From: Spirochaetia bacterium
Lineage (GTDB): Bacteria > Spirochaetota > Spirochaetia > CADAEX01
DNA: 64,000 bases
Assembly: GCA_963662265.2 (NCBI GenBank)
Contig: CAXXHA010000014.1
Span: 1-64,000, forward strand
Direction: 5' to 3'
Below the pieces are notes generated by a model, which made no database searches, was not told the origin of the DNA, and saw only the letters and a program-made list of their open reading frames with translations. Position numbers and translations under genes: made by a program. This document shows, in pieces, positions 48,887-59,393 of this stretch (position 1 is its first letter; each line of letters opens with the position of its first letter).

Positions 48887-50875
48887 TTGTCATTATTCAG
48901 AGTAAAATCGGAATTTGATCCTGCAGGCGATCAGGTAAAAGCAATAAATGAACTTTCTGAAGGTCTGAAAAACGGTCTCAGCTGCCAGACACTAAAGGGT
49001 GTAACTGGTTCAGGCAAGACCTTTACCATGGCCAAGATAATTGAAAAGACAGGACTCCCTACACTTGTACTTTCCCATAACAAGACTCTTGCTGCACAGC
49101 TATACAGGGAATTTCAGGAATTCTTTCCCGACAATGCTGTTGAATATTTTGTATCATATTATGACTATTACCAGCCGGAGGCTTATGTCCCTTCAAAAGA
49201 TCTCTATATTGAAAAAGATGCTTCAATCAACGAGGAAATAGAAAGACTCAGGCTCTCAGCAACATCATCGCTTCTGGAAAGGGATGATGTAATAATTGTA
49301 TCAACTGTTTCATGTATCTACGGTCTCGGAGACCCGAACTCATATAAGAATATGAGGGTAAAGCTTTCAGAAGGTATGACTGTTGATACAGGAGCGCTGT
49401 CACGGGATCTTATAAAGATGCAGTATGACAGGAATGATATGACACCCGGAAGGGGGAGTTTCAGGCTCAGGGGAGAGGTAATTGAAATCTACCCTGCATA
49501 TACAAAGGGGGCTATAAGGGTTGAGCTTGACTGGGATGTGATCAAATCAATTGTAAAGTATGATCCTGTTTCCGGACAGCTCCTTGACAGCTATGAATTC
49601 ATAACTCTCTATCCTGCAAAGCATTTTGTTGTTCCCGAGGATCAGCTCAGGAAGGCACTTTTCGGTATCAGGGAGGAACTTGAATACCAGTATGAGAGGC
49701 TTACAAATGAAAACAAGCTTGTTGAGGCCCAGAGGCTTAAATCAAGAACAATGTATGATATTGAAATGCTTGAGGAGATGGGATACTGCAACGGAATTGA
49801 AAATTATTCAAGGCACATAACTTTCCGCAGTGAGGGGGAAAGACCTGCAGTTCTTCTTGATTATTTCCCTGACAAATTTCTTACCTTTGTTGATGAATCA
49901 CATGTAACACTGTCCCAGGTCAGGGCGATGTATGAGGGTGACAGGTCAAGAAAGACTAATCTTGTTAATCACGGTTTCCGTCTACCCTCGGCTCTTGACA
50001 ACAGGCCTCTTGTCTATACCGAATTCAACAATATTATTGACAGTATTATTTTTGTTTCTGCAACTCCCGGCAAAGAGGAGAATGAAAGATCTGAAAATAC
50101 TGTAGAGCAGGTAATCAGGCCGACAGGACTTCTGGATCCCGAAGTGGAGATAAGAAAAACCGAAGGGCAGGTTGAAGATCTTTTTACAGAGATAAACAAA
50201 CGAATTGAAAATGATGAAAGAACACTTATAACCACCCTCACAAAGAGGATGGCCGAAGATCTTACAGCTTATCTGAAAGGGGCAGGTCTCAAGGTACAGT
50301 ACCTCCATTCAGAAGTTGAGACAATTGAAAGGGTTGAAATACTAAGAGACCTGCGGACCGGTGTTTTCGATGTTGTTGTCGGTATTAACCTATTAAGGGA
50401 GGGGCTTGACCTTCCTGAGGTTTCATTTATTGCGATAATGGATGCAGATAAAATAGGATTCCTGAGATCTGCGACTTCCCTTATACAGACAATAGGAAGG
50501 GCTGCACGTAATGTGAACGGTAAGGTTATTATGTATGCCGATAAAATTACAGATGCCATGAAAGAGGCGATAACTGAAACTGAGCGGAGAAGAAAAATAC
50601 AGAATGAATACAATGAGCAGCACGGGATTACTCCGGTTACAATAAGGAAATCGGTTAAAGATATTCTCGAGAGAAAAATTGAAGAAAAGAAAAAGAATGA
50701 AGAGTTCAACGTTGAGCTTGTGAAAGGTAAATACAACATATTAAATAAATCCGACAAGAGTAAACTTGTAAAAGAACTGGAAGCTATGATGCTTGAGCAT
50801 GCAAAAAACCTTGAATTCGAAGAAGCTGCTTTTGTGAGGGATGAGATAAATAAAATTAAAGGCGTTGACAGCTAG
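48887..50875 (+). CDS. uvrB: Excinuclease ABC subunit B
   Basis: GVTGSGKT, YYDYYQPEAY, DESH, GINLLREGLD, QTIGRAARN. Confidence 0.97.
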   Translation: MSLFRVKSEFDPAGDQVKAINELSEGLKNGLSCQTLKGVTGSGKTFTMAKIIEKTGLPTLVLSHNKTLAAQLYREFQEFFPDNAVEYFVSYYDYYQPEAYVPSKDLYIEKDASINEEIERLRLSATSSLLERDDVIIVSTVSCIYGLGDPNSYKNMRVKLSEGMTVDTGALSRDLIKMQYDRNDMTPGRGSFRLRGEVIEIYPAYTKGAIRVELDWDVIKSIVKYDPVSGQLLDSYEFITLYPAKHFVVPEDQLRKALFGIREELEYQYERLTNENKLVEAQRLKSRTMYDIEMLEEMGYCNGIENYSRHITFRSEGERPAVLLDYFPDKFLTFVDESHVTLSQVRAMYEGDRSRKTNLVNHGFRLPSALDNRPLVYTEFNNIIDSIIFVSATPGKEENERSENTVEQVIRPTGLLDPEVEIRKTEGQVEDLFTEINKRIENDERTLITTLTKRMAEDLTAYLKGAGLKVQYLHSEVETIERVEILRDLRTGVFDVVVGINLLREGLDLPEVSFIAIMDADKIGFLRSATSLIQTIGRAARNVNGKVIMYADKITDAMKEAITETERRRKIQNEYNEQHGITPVTIRKSVKDILERKIEEKKKNEEFNVELVKGKYNILNKSDKSKLVKELEAMMLEHAKNLEFEEAAFVRDEINKIKGVDS

Positions 50876-50986
50876 ATCCCACTAACGTGATATTGTGCTG
50901 GTTCATGAGGCAGTCCTGAAAAATGAATAAATTCTGCAAAAAACACCTGCTTGAAAAATTCCTCAAATCAGCATAATATAATGAAC

Positions 50987-51373
50987 ATGAAAAAAACTCT
51001 TATAATATCTTTGATTTTTTTTACAGCTTTATGCTTTTCTTCATGTAGAAAAGATATTGAAATTAAAAATGTAAAACTACCTGTCACAAGAGCAATTACA
51101 AAAAAAACAAATTTCGCTGTTATTACATCTTCACACCTGAGGCTGAGAACAGAACCTACAATTAGTTCCAGGGCAGTAACAATTCTCTGGAAGGGTTATA
51201 TTATGGAGATCCTGAGAAAATCAGATTCCAGGGACTTTGTCGAGGGGAAAGAGGATTACTGGTACCTGATTAACTATGACGGGCTCAAGGGCTGGGTCTT
51301 CGGATCATATATCGATATATTTTCTTCCCGGGAAAAAGCTGTTACTGCAAGCAGCGAGGCGAACAGCAAGTAA
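50987..51373 (+). CDS. SH3b-domain lipoprotein
   Basis: FSSC lipobox; LRLRTEP...W.....GLKGWVFGSYI. Confidence 0.8.
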   Translation: MKKTLIISLIFFTALCFSSCRKDIEIKNVKLPVTRAITKKTNFAVITSSHLRLRTEPTISSRAVTILWKGYIMEILRKSDSRDFVEGKEDYWYLINYDGLKGWVFGSYIDIFSSREKAVTASSEANSK

Positions 51374-51578
51374 TTTATAATTATCCGGATATTTCATATA
51401 GAAAAAAATACTGAAAGTAAATGCTTTTGTTTCTTCCTGAGGAGTATAAATAAAAGCATTTAAGAATCTGAAAGCTTTTTATAGTTTATCAGGATTGAAC
51501 ATTTTGTGTTTTAAAAAATCCTTTCAATCCTGATTGGAAGTCCAGTTAACTCAGAAGTAATTATTTATTGCCTTATGA

Positions 51579-52592
51579 TCAGCTGTAGCAGATTATATTC
51601 TCAGGACCTACATAAAAGCTGATTTCCTTTTTATCTGCAGTACAGAAGGGATAGTAGTCATAGAGTGTCAGAATGCTCTCGTTGTATTTAATATCTATTT
51701 TATAGAAGCTGCCGTAGAATGACCTTTTTACTATCCTTCCACTGAACATGTTTAAGCTGTTTTCTTCAGAATTATTTTCTTTAATAATTCTGCAGTGTTC
51801 AGGACGGAAGAACATCCATTTATAATTTTCAGTTTTTGCATTGTCTGTTTTTACGAAATCAATTTTCCTGTCAAAAGGAATGATATTTGAATCGCCGAGA
51901 AATCCTGCTGTAAACAGGGTAGACGGTTTGTAATAAAGATTCTCCGGTGTTCCTGTCTGCTCGGCCCTGCCGTTATTCATGACGCATATCCTGTCAGACA
52001 GTGTCATTGCCTCTTCCTGGTCATGTGTCACGTAAATTGTTGTGAGTCCTGTTGTATCATGTATATCACGTATTTCCTTTCTCAGTGTATTTCGCAGTGC
52101 AACATCAAGCGCGCTTAACGGTTCATCAAGCAGTATGATATCAGGTTCCACTGCAATTGCTCTTGCGAGTGAAACCCTCTGCTTTTCTCCGCCTGAAAGG
52201 GAATCTGTTTTTCTTGAAGAAAAGTTTTCCATGTTTATTACAGAAAGAAGATTTTCAACCTTTTTCCGGATCCTTTCAGATTTCCATTTTTTCGATTCCG
52301 GGCCGAATGATATGTTTTTATAAACATTCCTGTTGGGAAAAAGGGCAAAGTTCTGGAATACAATTGAAATATTCCTGTCCTTCGGCTCAAAAGATGTAAT
52401 ATTTTCACTGTTCAGAATCAGATTTCCTGTATCAGGCTTTATAAAACCTGCAATAATTCTAAGAAGTGTTGTTTTTCCGCAACCTGATGGCCCGAGAAGT
52501 GTAAAAAACTCACCCTTTTTGATTTTGAAATCAACAGAAATATCAAAGTTATCATATTTTTTCCTGATTTTATTAAGTTCCAGATATTCCAT
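51579..52592 (-). CDS. thiQ: ABC transporter ATP-binding subunit (thiamine)
   Basis: GPSGCGKT, LSGGEKQR, LLDEP, VTHDQ; in TPP-riboswitch operon. Confidence 0.85.
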   Translation of the reverse strand: MEYLELNKIRKKYDNFDISVDFKIKKGEFFTLLGPSGCGKTTLLRIIAGFIKPDTGNLILNSENITSFEPKDRNISIVFQNFALFPNRNVYKNISFGPESKKWKSERIRKKVENLLSVINMENFSSRKTDSLSGGEKQRVSLARAIAVEPDIILLDEPLSALDVALRNTLRKEIRDIHDTTGLTTIYVTHDQEEAMTLSDRICVMNNGRAEQTGTPENLYYKPSTLFTAGFLGDSNIIPFDRKIDFVKTDNAKTENYKWMFFRPEHCRIIKENNSEENSLNMFSGRIVKRSFYGSFYKIDIKYNESILTLYDYYPFCTADKKEISFYVGPENIICYS

Positions 52593-52599
52593 TATTTCC

Positions 52600-54222
52600 T
52601 CACAGTTCAAAAGTACCGGCCCGGTCAAGGACCATGAATGATACAGCAGATGTTACAATAAGTATTGTTCCCATGGCGCAGGCCTGGAAAAAATTATATG
52701 AACCTATAAGCCTGTAAATTGCAAGCGGTATTGTAATAAAATTATCAGGTGCCACCATCAGGGTAGCGTTTATTTCCCCCATGGAAAGGGCAAAAGCAAG
52801 TACTGCGCCTGTGAAAAGGCCGTTTTTAACCATTGGAACCTCAATTTTGCAGAAGATCCTCTTCCAGGAAGCTCCCAGGCTCATTGCGGATTCCATTATT
52901 GAACTGTCAATCCTGTCATAAAAAATTGTGATGCTCTTGAATACAAACGGCAGAAATGAGAGAGTCTGTGCCGCCACGAGCGGTATCCATCCTGACTGCC
53001 TTATATGAAAGTCATTCATGAATTTAATATATGATAGAGTCAGGATAATCGAAGATACGCCCAGGCTGAGGGTAAAGAAGAATTCTATGAAAATCTGTAT
53101 CCCTTTCCTGCTTCCTGACGAATAGGAGGCAGCTGCAAGAGCCATCAGCACAGAAACAACAGTATTTACAGATGCAAGCATGAGGCTGTTTCTAACAGGT
53201 ATGAAACCAACTTCAGAAAAGCTCTTTTTATACCAGTGAAGCGAGAATACTGTATCAGCGCCCCTTGATGTCTTGTATTTAAATGATTCGATAATTACAA
53301 CTCCCATCGGAAGGATAATAACGATAAACAGTACTGCCAGGAATATGATCAGGAATACAAGTGACATCTTTGAAACTTTTTTTTCTGTAAGAATCTCTGC
53401 ATTGTTGACTGATACAGCGTGTGTGTTTTTTTTCTGGAAAAAAGTATATACAAGCAGGAAGAAAAGCGATACTGCTGACTGAACAACTGCAAGTGAACAC
53501 GCGCCCGGTATGTTGAAATTTATACGCGCAAGCCTGTAAATTTCAACCTCGACAGTGCTGTTTTTAGGCCCGCCTCCGAGAACAAGAATAATCGAAAAAC
53601 TCATGAAGCATAGGATAAATATCAGGGAAAATGATGCAAGGATGGAAGGCATAAGCTGGGGAAGGACTGCCTGTGTAAATACACGGACCTTACCCGCTCC
53701 CAGGCTTTTCGCCGCATCAATCAGGGATACAGATATTTTTTCCCAGGATGCTGAAATAAGACGTACTGCCAGAGGAAAGTTGAAAAAGATATGGGCAAGT
53801 ATGATTGCCTTGAAGCTGTATAGTATCCTCAAGGGAGGTTTATCCAGGTTGAAAAGGTCCATCAGTGTCCTGTTTATCAGTCCGTTGTTTCCGAAGAGAA
53901 GAACAAACCCCAGAACAACAAGAATCGGGGGGAGCACAAAGGGGACTGCTGTAACTGCTTTTATCAGTTTTTTGAATCTGAAGCTGTAGTGAGAAAGAAA
54001 ATATGCACCTGCGAGTGCAGGAAGTACAGAGTAGAGCGAGCTGAAAAAAGCCTGTTTAAAGGTGAAAATGAATAAATTGAAGTAGTAGGGCTTTGAAAGA
54101 AAATCCTTAAGATAATGGAGTGATATCCCCCCCCTGAACAGGTTTATCAGGGGGAGATAGAATGCCGGCAGAATAAAAAGAAACGGGATTATTTTGATGA
54201 TTTCTGCCGGCTGTTTTTTCAA
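52600..54222 (-). CDS. thiP: ABC transporter permease (thiamine)
   Basis: Duplicated EAA-like loops (DAAKSLGA, ESAMSLGA), AHIFFNFP. Confidence 0.85.
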   Translation of the reverse strand: MKKQPAEIIKIIPFLFILPAFYLPLINLFRGGISLHYLKDFLSKPYYFNLFIFTFKQAFFSSLYSVLPALAGAYFLSHYSFRFKKLIKAVTAVPFVLPPILVVLGFVLLFGNNGLINRTLMDLFNLDKPPLRILYSFKAIILAHIFFNFPLAVRLISASWEKISVSLIDAAKSLGAGKVRVFTQAVLPQLMPSILASFSLIFILCFMSFSIILVLGGGPKNSTVEVEIYRLARINFNIPGACSLAVVQSAVSLFFLLVYTFFQKKNTHAVSVNNAEILTEKKVSKMSLVFLIIFLAVLFIVIILPMGVVIIESFKYKTSRGADTVFSLHWYKKSFSEVGFIPVRNSLMLASVNTVVSVLMALAAASYSSGSRKGIQIFIEFFFTLSLGVSSIILTLSYIKFMNDFHIRQSGWIPLVAAQTLSFLPFVFKSITIFYDRIDSSIMESAMSLGASWKRIFCKIEVPMVKNGLFTGAVLAFALSMGEINATLMVAPDNFITIPLAIYRLIGSYNFFQACAMGTILIVTSAVSFMVLDRAGTFEL

Positions 54223-54228
54223 TACAGG

Positions 54229-55248
54229 TTACCTGTTGACTGTTCCCAGCCATTCTTCAGTCCATCTGTCAAGATTTTTACTGATTGTCTCAGATGGAAG
54301 GAGGAGATATTGTCCCGGTTTTTTGGCTGTACTGTATGATGATGGAAGTTCAACATCTGTTACAGGAAACATCCAGTTTGTAAGGGGAAGTTCTTTCTGA
54401 AATTCTTCAGAAAGCATGAAATCCATGAAAAGCTGAGCCGATTTAAGGTTGCTGCAGTTCTTTACAATACCGGCACCTTCAATCTGCATGTAATTGCCTT
54501 TTTCAAATACTGTAGCCTTATACTGTTCTGTTTCCTCATATTCCTTGTGATATGCAGGACTTGTTGTATAGCTCAGTACCATGGGAGCCTCACCGTTTAC
54601 AAACAGTCCGTAACCGGAATCCCATCCCTCAGTCACAGTAAGGATATTTTTATTCAGTTTTGCCCAGTAATCTGTGAAGTCATCGCCGAAAACCTTGACA
54701 GTCCAGAGTAGAAAACCGAGACCTGGACTTGAAGTACGCGGGTCCATGAGTATGAGAGATTTTTCATATTCAGGAGCAAGGAGATCTTCGAAAGTTTTAG
54801 GCGGATTTTTTATTTTTTCACTGTCGTATATTATTGAGAAGAAACCGTAATCATATGGAGTCAGATGATTTGTCCTGTCAAAAAGCAGTGATGAATCAAC
54901 TTTGCCCAGGTTTTCAGATTTGTAGGGCTGAAGAATATCTTCATCAATCGCTTTTGAAAGCATGTTGTTGTCAATACCGATCAGGATATCTGCAACAGGT
55001 GAATCTTTTTCAAGTATTGCTTTTGTCAGTACCTGTCCGGCATCTCCCGGTGATCTGAGGTCCACTTTAATTCCGTATTTTTCCTCGAATTTCGGAATTA
55101 CAACAGGGCCCGGACCCCAGTCTGATACAAACGAATCATAGGCATAAATAACCAGTTTCTTTGTTTCTTCTGCTTCTGTTTCTTTTTTCTGGCATGATAC
55201 AGAGAGTATCATCACAGCTGCTGCAAGCAGCAGTAAACATTTTTTCAT
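54229..55248 (-). CDS. thiB: Thiamine ABC substrate-binding lipoprotein
   Basis: YAYDSF.SDWGPGP, GIDN, DPRTSSPGLGFL, SYTTSPAYH, TNWMFP. Confidence 0.92.
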   Translation of the reverse strand: MKKCLLLLAAAVMILSVSCQKKETEAEETKKLVIYAYDSFVSDWGPGPVVIPKFEEKYGIKVDLRSPGDAGQVLTKAILEKDSPVADILIGIDNNMLSKAIDEDILQPYKSENLGKVDSSLLFDRTNHLTPYDYGFFSIIYDSEKIKNPPKTFEDLLAPEYEKSLILMDPRTSSPGLGFLLWTVKVFGDDFTDYWAKLNKNILTVTEGWDSGYGLFVNGEAPMVLSYTTSPAYHKEYEETEQYKATVFEKGNYMQIEGAGIVKNCSNLKSAQLFMDFMLSEEFQKELPLTNWMFPVTDVELPSSYSTAKKPGQYLLLPSETISKNLDRWTEEWLGTVNR

Positions 55249-55437
55249 TTTTTCTCCCTTGTGTTTCAGATATTCCTGTAAAAAGCTGATTTCAGAAAAC
55301 AGGTTAAGAGCTAATTACCGGTATAATTCGGTAAATTTATCAGCTTAAACTGTTTGTCCTTTGTTCATGGTATGTTTTTCATGAACATTCTGCAGAAACA
55401 TCTGTGAGTTTTGTTGTGTATGTTTGCGGGATAAAGA

Positions 55438-55516
55438 GTGTAGAATCCCTCCGCTGGCATTATCCAGTTCAGGTACATCGGGTATGATCTCAGGCATATA
55501 TAGCCACCCCACACAC
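55438..55516 (-). ncRNA. TPP riboswitch aptamer
   Basis: Minus strand GGGGTG...CTGAGA...ACCC...ACCTGA.CTGGATAATGCCAGCGGAGGGA consensus upstream of thiB. Confidence 0.93.
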
Positions 55517-55583
55517 ATAAAAATTGTCTTTATTGTATTCTGATAATTAAAATAGTCAACAGCAACAGAGGCTGTTTTTTCAA

Positions 55584-56759
55584 TTATGAAGCTGTTTTTG
55601 CTTCCATTTTTCTTTTAAGCATTATAACAAAAGGAAATCCTGCAAAAGATACAATTCCTGATACAATGAATGCTGTCTGGAGGCCGAAACTGTCGGCTAT
55701 GAAACCAGCCGCAGTAATTGCCAGAGTTATTGTAAGAAAGTCTGCTGTCATGAATATACTGCTGCATACAACAGGGTTGTCGCCGCTCTGCTCCTGGACA
55801 TATGCAAGAAGTACCGGTGATGAAGCAAAAGCAGCAAAACCTGTTAATATGAGAAGAATAAATGATAAATATCCGCCTGAGAATGTAAATAAAAGCATGA
55901 GAAGCGGGGAAACTGCTGTTGAAATAAACAGTGTCCTGTTTCTTCCAATCCTGTCGGAAATATATCCTGAAAACATGACACCGGCAGCAGCTGAAAGCTG
56001 GAGCACTGAAAGGGATATGCCGGAAAACCACAGTCCAAGTCCCTTTGATGTAAGATATGATGGAAGGTATGTATTTAAAACAGAAGCAATACTTGTCCTT
56101 GAAACAAGTATCATTGTAACGGCGGAAAAAAAGAATTTCATTTCCTTCAGTACTGTAAAAAATCCTTTTTCATTTGTTTTTTCGTTTGCCCTGTTATTTT
56201 TATCATTTTCCCTGTAAAACATGAAAATAATAAGAACTGAGTATATGACTGCACCGGGAATAAGGTAATAAACCCTTTCCTTTCCCCACAGTGAGATTGC
56301 GGCAAGAATTACAACAGGACCTGCGCTTCTGGCAAGTTCTCCTCCAAGCATATAGAAACTCATGCCTGTGCCTGTCATGGAACCTGAATGTTTTCTTATC
56401 ATTACAGGGGAGGGAATATGGAAAAAGCAGGAACTTATTCCCATTGTCAGTATAAGAAGTGCCAGTACAGCGTATGACGGTGCTGATGTAATAAAGCACA
56501 TGACAGTTGCACTTACAGTTATTGAAAGAGATATAATTAATGCAGGGTTTTTCCTTGAAGCTATATTACCTATAAAAGGATTTAAAAGAGATGGAAACCT
56601 GTGAAAAACAGACAGCAGTCCTGCCTGCGCATATGATATTCCCAGGCTGGAAATTATCAGCGGAAGAACAGGCGCAAGAAAATTGCTGTAAAGATCATGA
56701 AAAAAATGTGCTCCTGAAAGAACTAAAACCGAACCTGGCAGGAATTTCTTTTTTGACAT
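55584..56759 (-). CDS. MFS transporter (Fsr-like)
   Basis: AHFFHDLY...P.LP, FFHIP, GELARSAGP, GYISDRIGR; about 12 TMs. Confidence 0.85.
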   Translation of the reverse strand: MSKKKFLPGSVLVLSGAHFFHDLYSNFLAPVLPLIISSLGISYAQAGLLSVFHRFPSLLNPFIGNIASRKNPALIISLSITVSATVMCFITSAPSYAVLALLILTMGISSCFFHIPSPVMIRKHSGSMTGTGMSFYMLGGELARSAGPVVILAAISLWGKERVYYLIPGAVIYSVLIIFMFYRENDKNNRANEKTNEKGFFTVLKEMKFFFSAVTMILVSRTSIASVLNTYLPSYLTSKGLGLWFSGISLSVLQLSAAAGVMFSGYISDRIGRNRTLFISTAVSPLLMLLFTFSGGYLSFILLILTGFAAFASSPVLLAYVQEQSGDNPVVCSSIFMTADFLTITLAITAAGFIADSFGLQTAFIVSGIVSFAGFPFVIMLKRKMEAKTAS

Positions 56760-56908
56760 AGTTGACGCTCCGCTGTTGTTTAAATATAAACCATTACTAT
56801 TGTATAAACAAATAAACATTTATAATATTGTAACAGCTTGCGTCCTGTTGTGCAATGTGTATTTTACACTTAAGTTCAAATTAAAGCGTGTTGAGGAGTT
56901 TATGGAAA

Positions 56909-57745
56909 TTAATTTCCTTCAGATGCATTATCCTTGAACCATTCATAAAGAGCTTCAACCCTGCTGTGAATTGAATTTCTTATTTTCTTTCTGAGAAACC
57001 CCGCATTTACATGGCTGCACATGCCTGAACAGTATACTGCAAGTTCATCTCCGTCTGCCATTATTATGAGATAGAATGTCAGATCTTCTCTGTCAATGAC
57101 TGGTATTATGCCGTATCTCATATCATCGATGTTTGTCATTTTCATGATAAGGTAATTATCAGAAACAGTATAATCCATTTTGTAGTAGTTCCTGCCGAAA
57201 GAAAGATCCTTTATATAGCTGTTGAAGCTGTAGTGTCTTATATTTTCATTGAATAAAGGTGTTTCAGCCGGTTTTTTCCTGCTTGTTCCAACCACGGGGT
57301 AGGCTTCCTCGAAAAGCAGACGGTATCTTTCCCTTGAATGTGAATAATACTGTATTCCTTCGAGCGATTTTATATTGGTAAGTATTTTGAAATATTCTTC
57401 AATGCTTTTTAAATATTTCTTTTCTCTGTGTAGGAAAATTGTCTCAATTCCTGTGTTGAAGCTGTTTTCATTGATCTCTTCATTTAATTCAGATCTTTCC
57501 CTGACATCGGGTAGATATATGGGGGGCTGCCCTTTTTCAAGAAAAAGGGTGAGTTTGCCCTCTTTTTCAAGTTTTAAAAGATCAGATTCTGATACAGAAG
57601 AAAAATAATCATCTGTGATTTTATTATCATCAATATTACGGCCTTTTATTTCCTGAACCGAGATATTTTCTGTCTCCCCGTAAATACAGAACAGCGGGGA
57701 TAAAAATAATAAAAGTGTTAAGATTGAAATTAAATGTTTTCTCAT
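56909..57745 (-). CDS. Exported hypothetical protein (spirochaete-type)
   Basis: Signal peptide; IKSLEGIQYYS.SR and SRVEALYEWF segments. Confidence 0.7.
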   Translation of the reverse strand: MRKHLISILTLLLFLSPLFCIYGETENISVQEIKGRNIDDNKITDDYFSSVSESDLLKLEKEGKLTLFLEKGQPPIYLPDVRERSELNEEINENSFNTGIETIFLHREKKYLKSIEEYFKILTNIKSLEGIQYYSHSRERYRLLFEEAYPVVGTSRKKPAETPLFNENIRHYSFNSYIKDLSFGRNYYKMDYTVSDNYLIMKMTNIDDMRYGIIPVIDREDLTFYLIIMADGDELAVYCSGMCSHVNAGFLRKKIRNSIHSRVEALYEWFKDNASEGN

Positions 57746-57791
57746 GGTATTCTGAATTTATTTAAAACTGAAATAATGATCAAGAGGTTAT

Positions 57792-58901
57792 ATGAAAATA
57801 AAAATATGCTTTACCGGGGGGGGGACTGCAGGTCACGTGTTTCCCGGAATTTCCGTACTTGAAAAAATAGAAGAAAAAAGTAAAAAAGGTGATTTTGAAA
57901 CTGATTATTTATGGATAGGTTCATCATCCGGAATGGAAAAAAGACTTCTGGCAGATTCCGGCATAAAATATTATGGTATTCAGACAGGAAAACTGAGAAG
58001 ATATTTTTCACTGCAGAATTTTACAGATCTTTTTAAAATAGCTGCAGGGCTTTTTCAGTCCTTTTTTATACTCCTGAAGGAAAAACCTGATATTGTCTTT
58101 TCAAAGGGGGGATATGTAAGTGTTCCCCCCGTGATTTCAGGCTGGATGCTGAGAATCCCTGTTATTACACATGAATCAGATTATTCCCCGGGGCTTGCGA
58201 CCAGAATAAACAGCAGATTCTCTGAAAAAATACTTATTTCGATTGATGATACTGAAAAATATTTTAAACCGGAGTATAAAAAGAAATTATCAGTTACCGG
58301 AAACCCTGTTAGAAAGAAGTTTTTCTCAGGTAATGCTGAAAAAGGAAAAGAGTATTTCGGAATAAGTAATAATCTTCCGGTAATTCTTGTTCTTGGAGGA
58401 AGCCAGGGGGCATCAGAAATTAATACTCTTATACGTTCTATTCTTGATGAACTGACTGAAAACTTCAATGTGATTCATCAATGCGGCGAAAAGGATTATA
58501 TGTCTGATTTTGGTAAGGAAAATAAAAACTATTACCAGGTACCTTTTGTGAGGGATGAGTTCCCCGATATTCTTGCCTCTGCAGACCTTGTTGTATCAAG
58601 GGGCGGGGCAGGTACTATCTGGGAACTTTCAGCTGCAGGCAAGGCTGCAGTGATAATACCTCTGAGGGGAAGCGGGACCAGAGGGGACCAGGTTCTTAAC
58701 TGCAGGTTTCTTAAAGAGATTGATGCAGCCTCTGTACTTGATGATAAAGTGATTTCAGAAGATATGCTTTATAACCAGATAAAATCGATCTTTGAAAACA
58801 GGGAAAAGATTGTAAAATACAGAGAAAATATAAAAGCAATAACAAAAAAAGACCCTGCAGAAAAAATATCTGATATTATTATAAAAAAATGCAGGCGGTA
58901 A
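57792..58901 (+). CDS. murG: MurG glycosyltransferase
   Basis: TGGGTAGHVFP, SKGGYVS.P, HESD, GNPVR, GGSQGA. Confidence 0.95.
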   Translation: MKIKICFTGGGTAGHVFPGISVLEKIEEKSKKGDFETDYLWIGSSSGMEKRLLADSGIKYYGIQTGKLRRYFSLQNFTDLFKIAAGLFQSFFILLKEKPDIVFSKGGYVSVPPVISGWMLRIPVITHESDYSPGLATRINSRFSEKILISIDDTEKYFKPEYKKKLSVTGNPVRKKFFSGNAEKGKEYFGISNNLPVILVLGGSQGASEINTLIRSILDELTENFNVIHQCGEKDYMSDFGKENKNYYQVPFVRDEFPDILASADLVVSRGGAGTIWELSAAGKAAVIIPLRGSGTRGDQVLNCRFLKEIDAASVLDDKVISEDMLYNQIKSIFENREKIVKYRENIKAITKKDPAEKISDIIIKKCRR

Positions 58902-58907
58902 ACTGAA

Positions 58908-59381
58908 TTGAACAGTATTAACATTGTTCCTATAGATATTATTTTTATTGTAATAATAATCTTTTTCACAATCAGATGCATAATCAAGGGATTTGTAACT
59001 GAATTCCTTTCAATGGCAGCTGTTATAGGGGGAATAGGGGCAGGAATATTTTTTTCCGGAACTTTAAGCAGATATATTGATCTGTATATCGGAAAGTCGG
59101 GATGGAATTATCTGATTTCATTTCTGATTCTGTTTATTTTTGTGTATCTTATAATCAAAATGATTGAAAAAATGCTGAGCCGTTTTATTGAAAGGGTTGA
59201 GCTTGAACAGCTGGATAGGGCGCTTGGACTGTTTCTCGGTATTGTTGAAGGGGCAGTTGTTGTGCTGGTCCTGATTCTGCTTATAAAGCTTCAGCCTGTT
59301 TTCCCATATGAGAAAATAGCGGAAAACAGCATTGCATTCAGTATTGCAGAAAAGATATTTACATATTTACCCGATTTTTAA
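58908..59381 (+). CDS. cvpA: CvpA family membrane protein
   Basis: DIIF...KGFVTEF, LDRALG..LG.VEG. Confidence 0.85.
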   Translation: MNSINIVPIDIIFIVIIIFFTIRCIIKGFVTEFLSMAAVIGGIGAGIFFSGTLSRYIDLYIGKSGWNYLISFLILFIFVYLIIKMIEKMLSRFIERVELEQLDRALGLFLGIVEGAVVVLVLILLIKLQPVFPYEKIAENSIAFSIAEKIFTYLPDF

Positions 59382-59393
59382 GAAGGATAACTG

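Noticed and set aside
51415-51535. Two long AT-rich hairpins as a possible ncRNA
   Set aside because: Located between convergent genes; adequately explained as terminators
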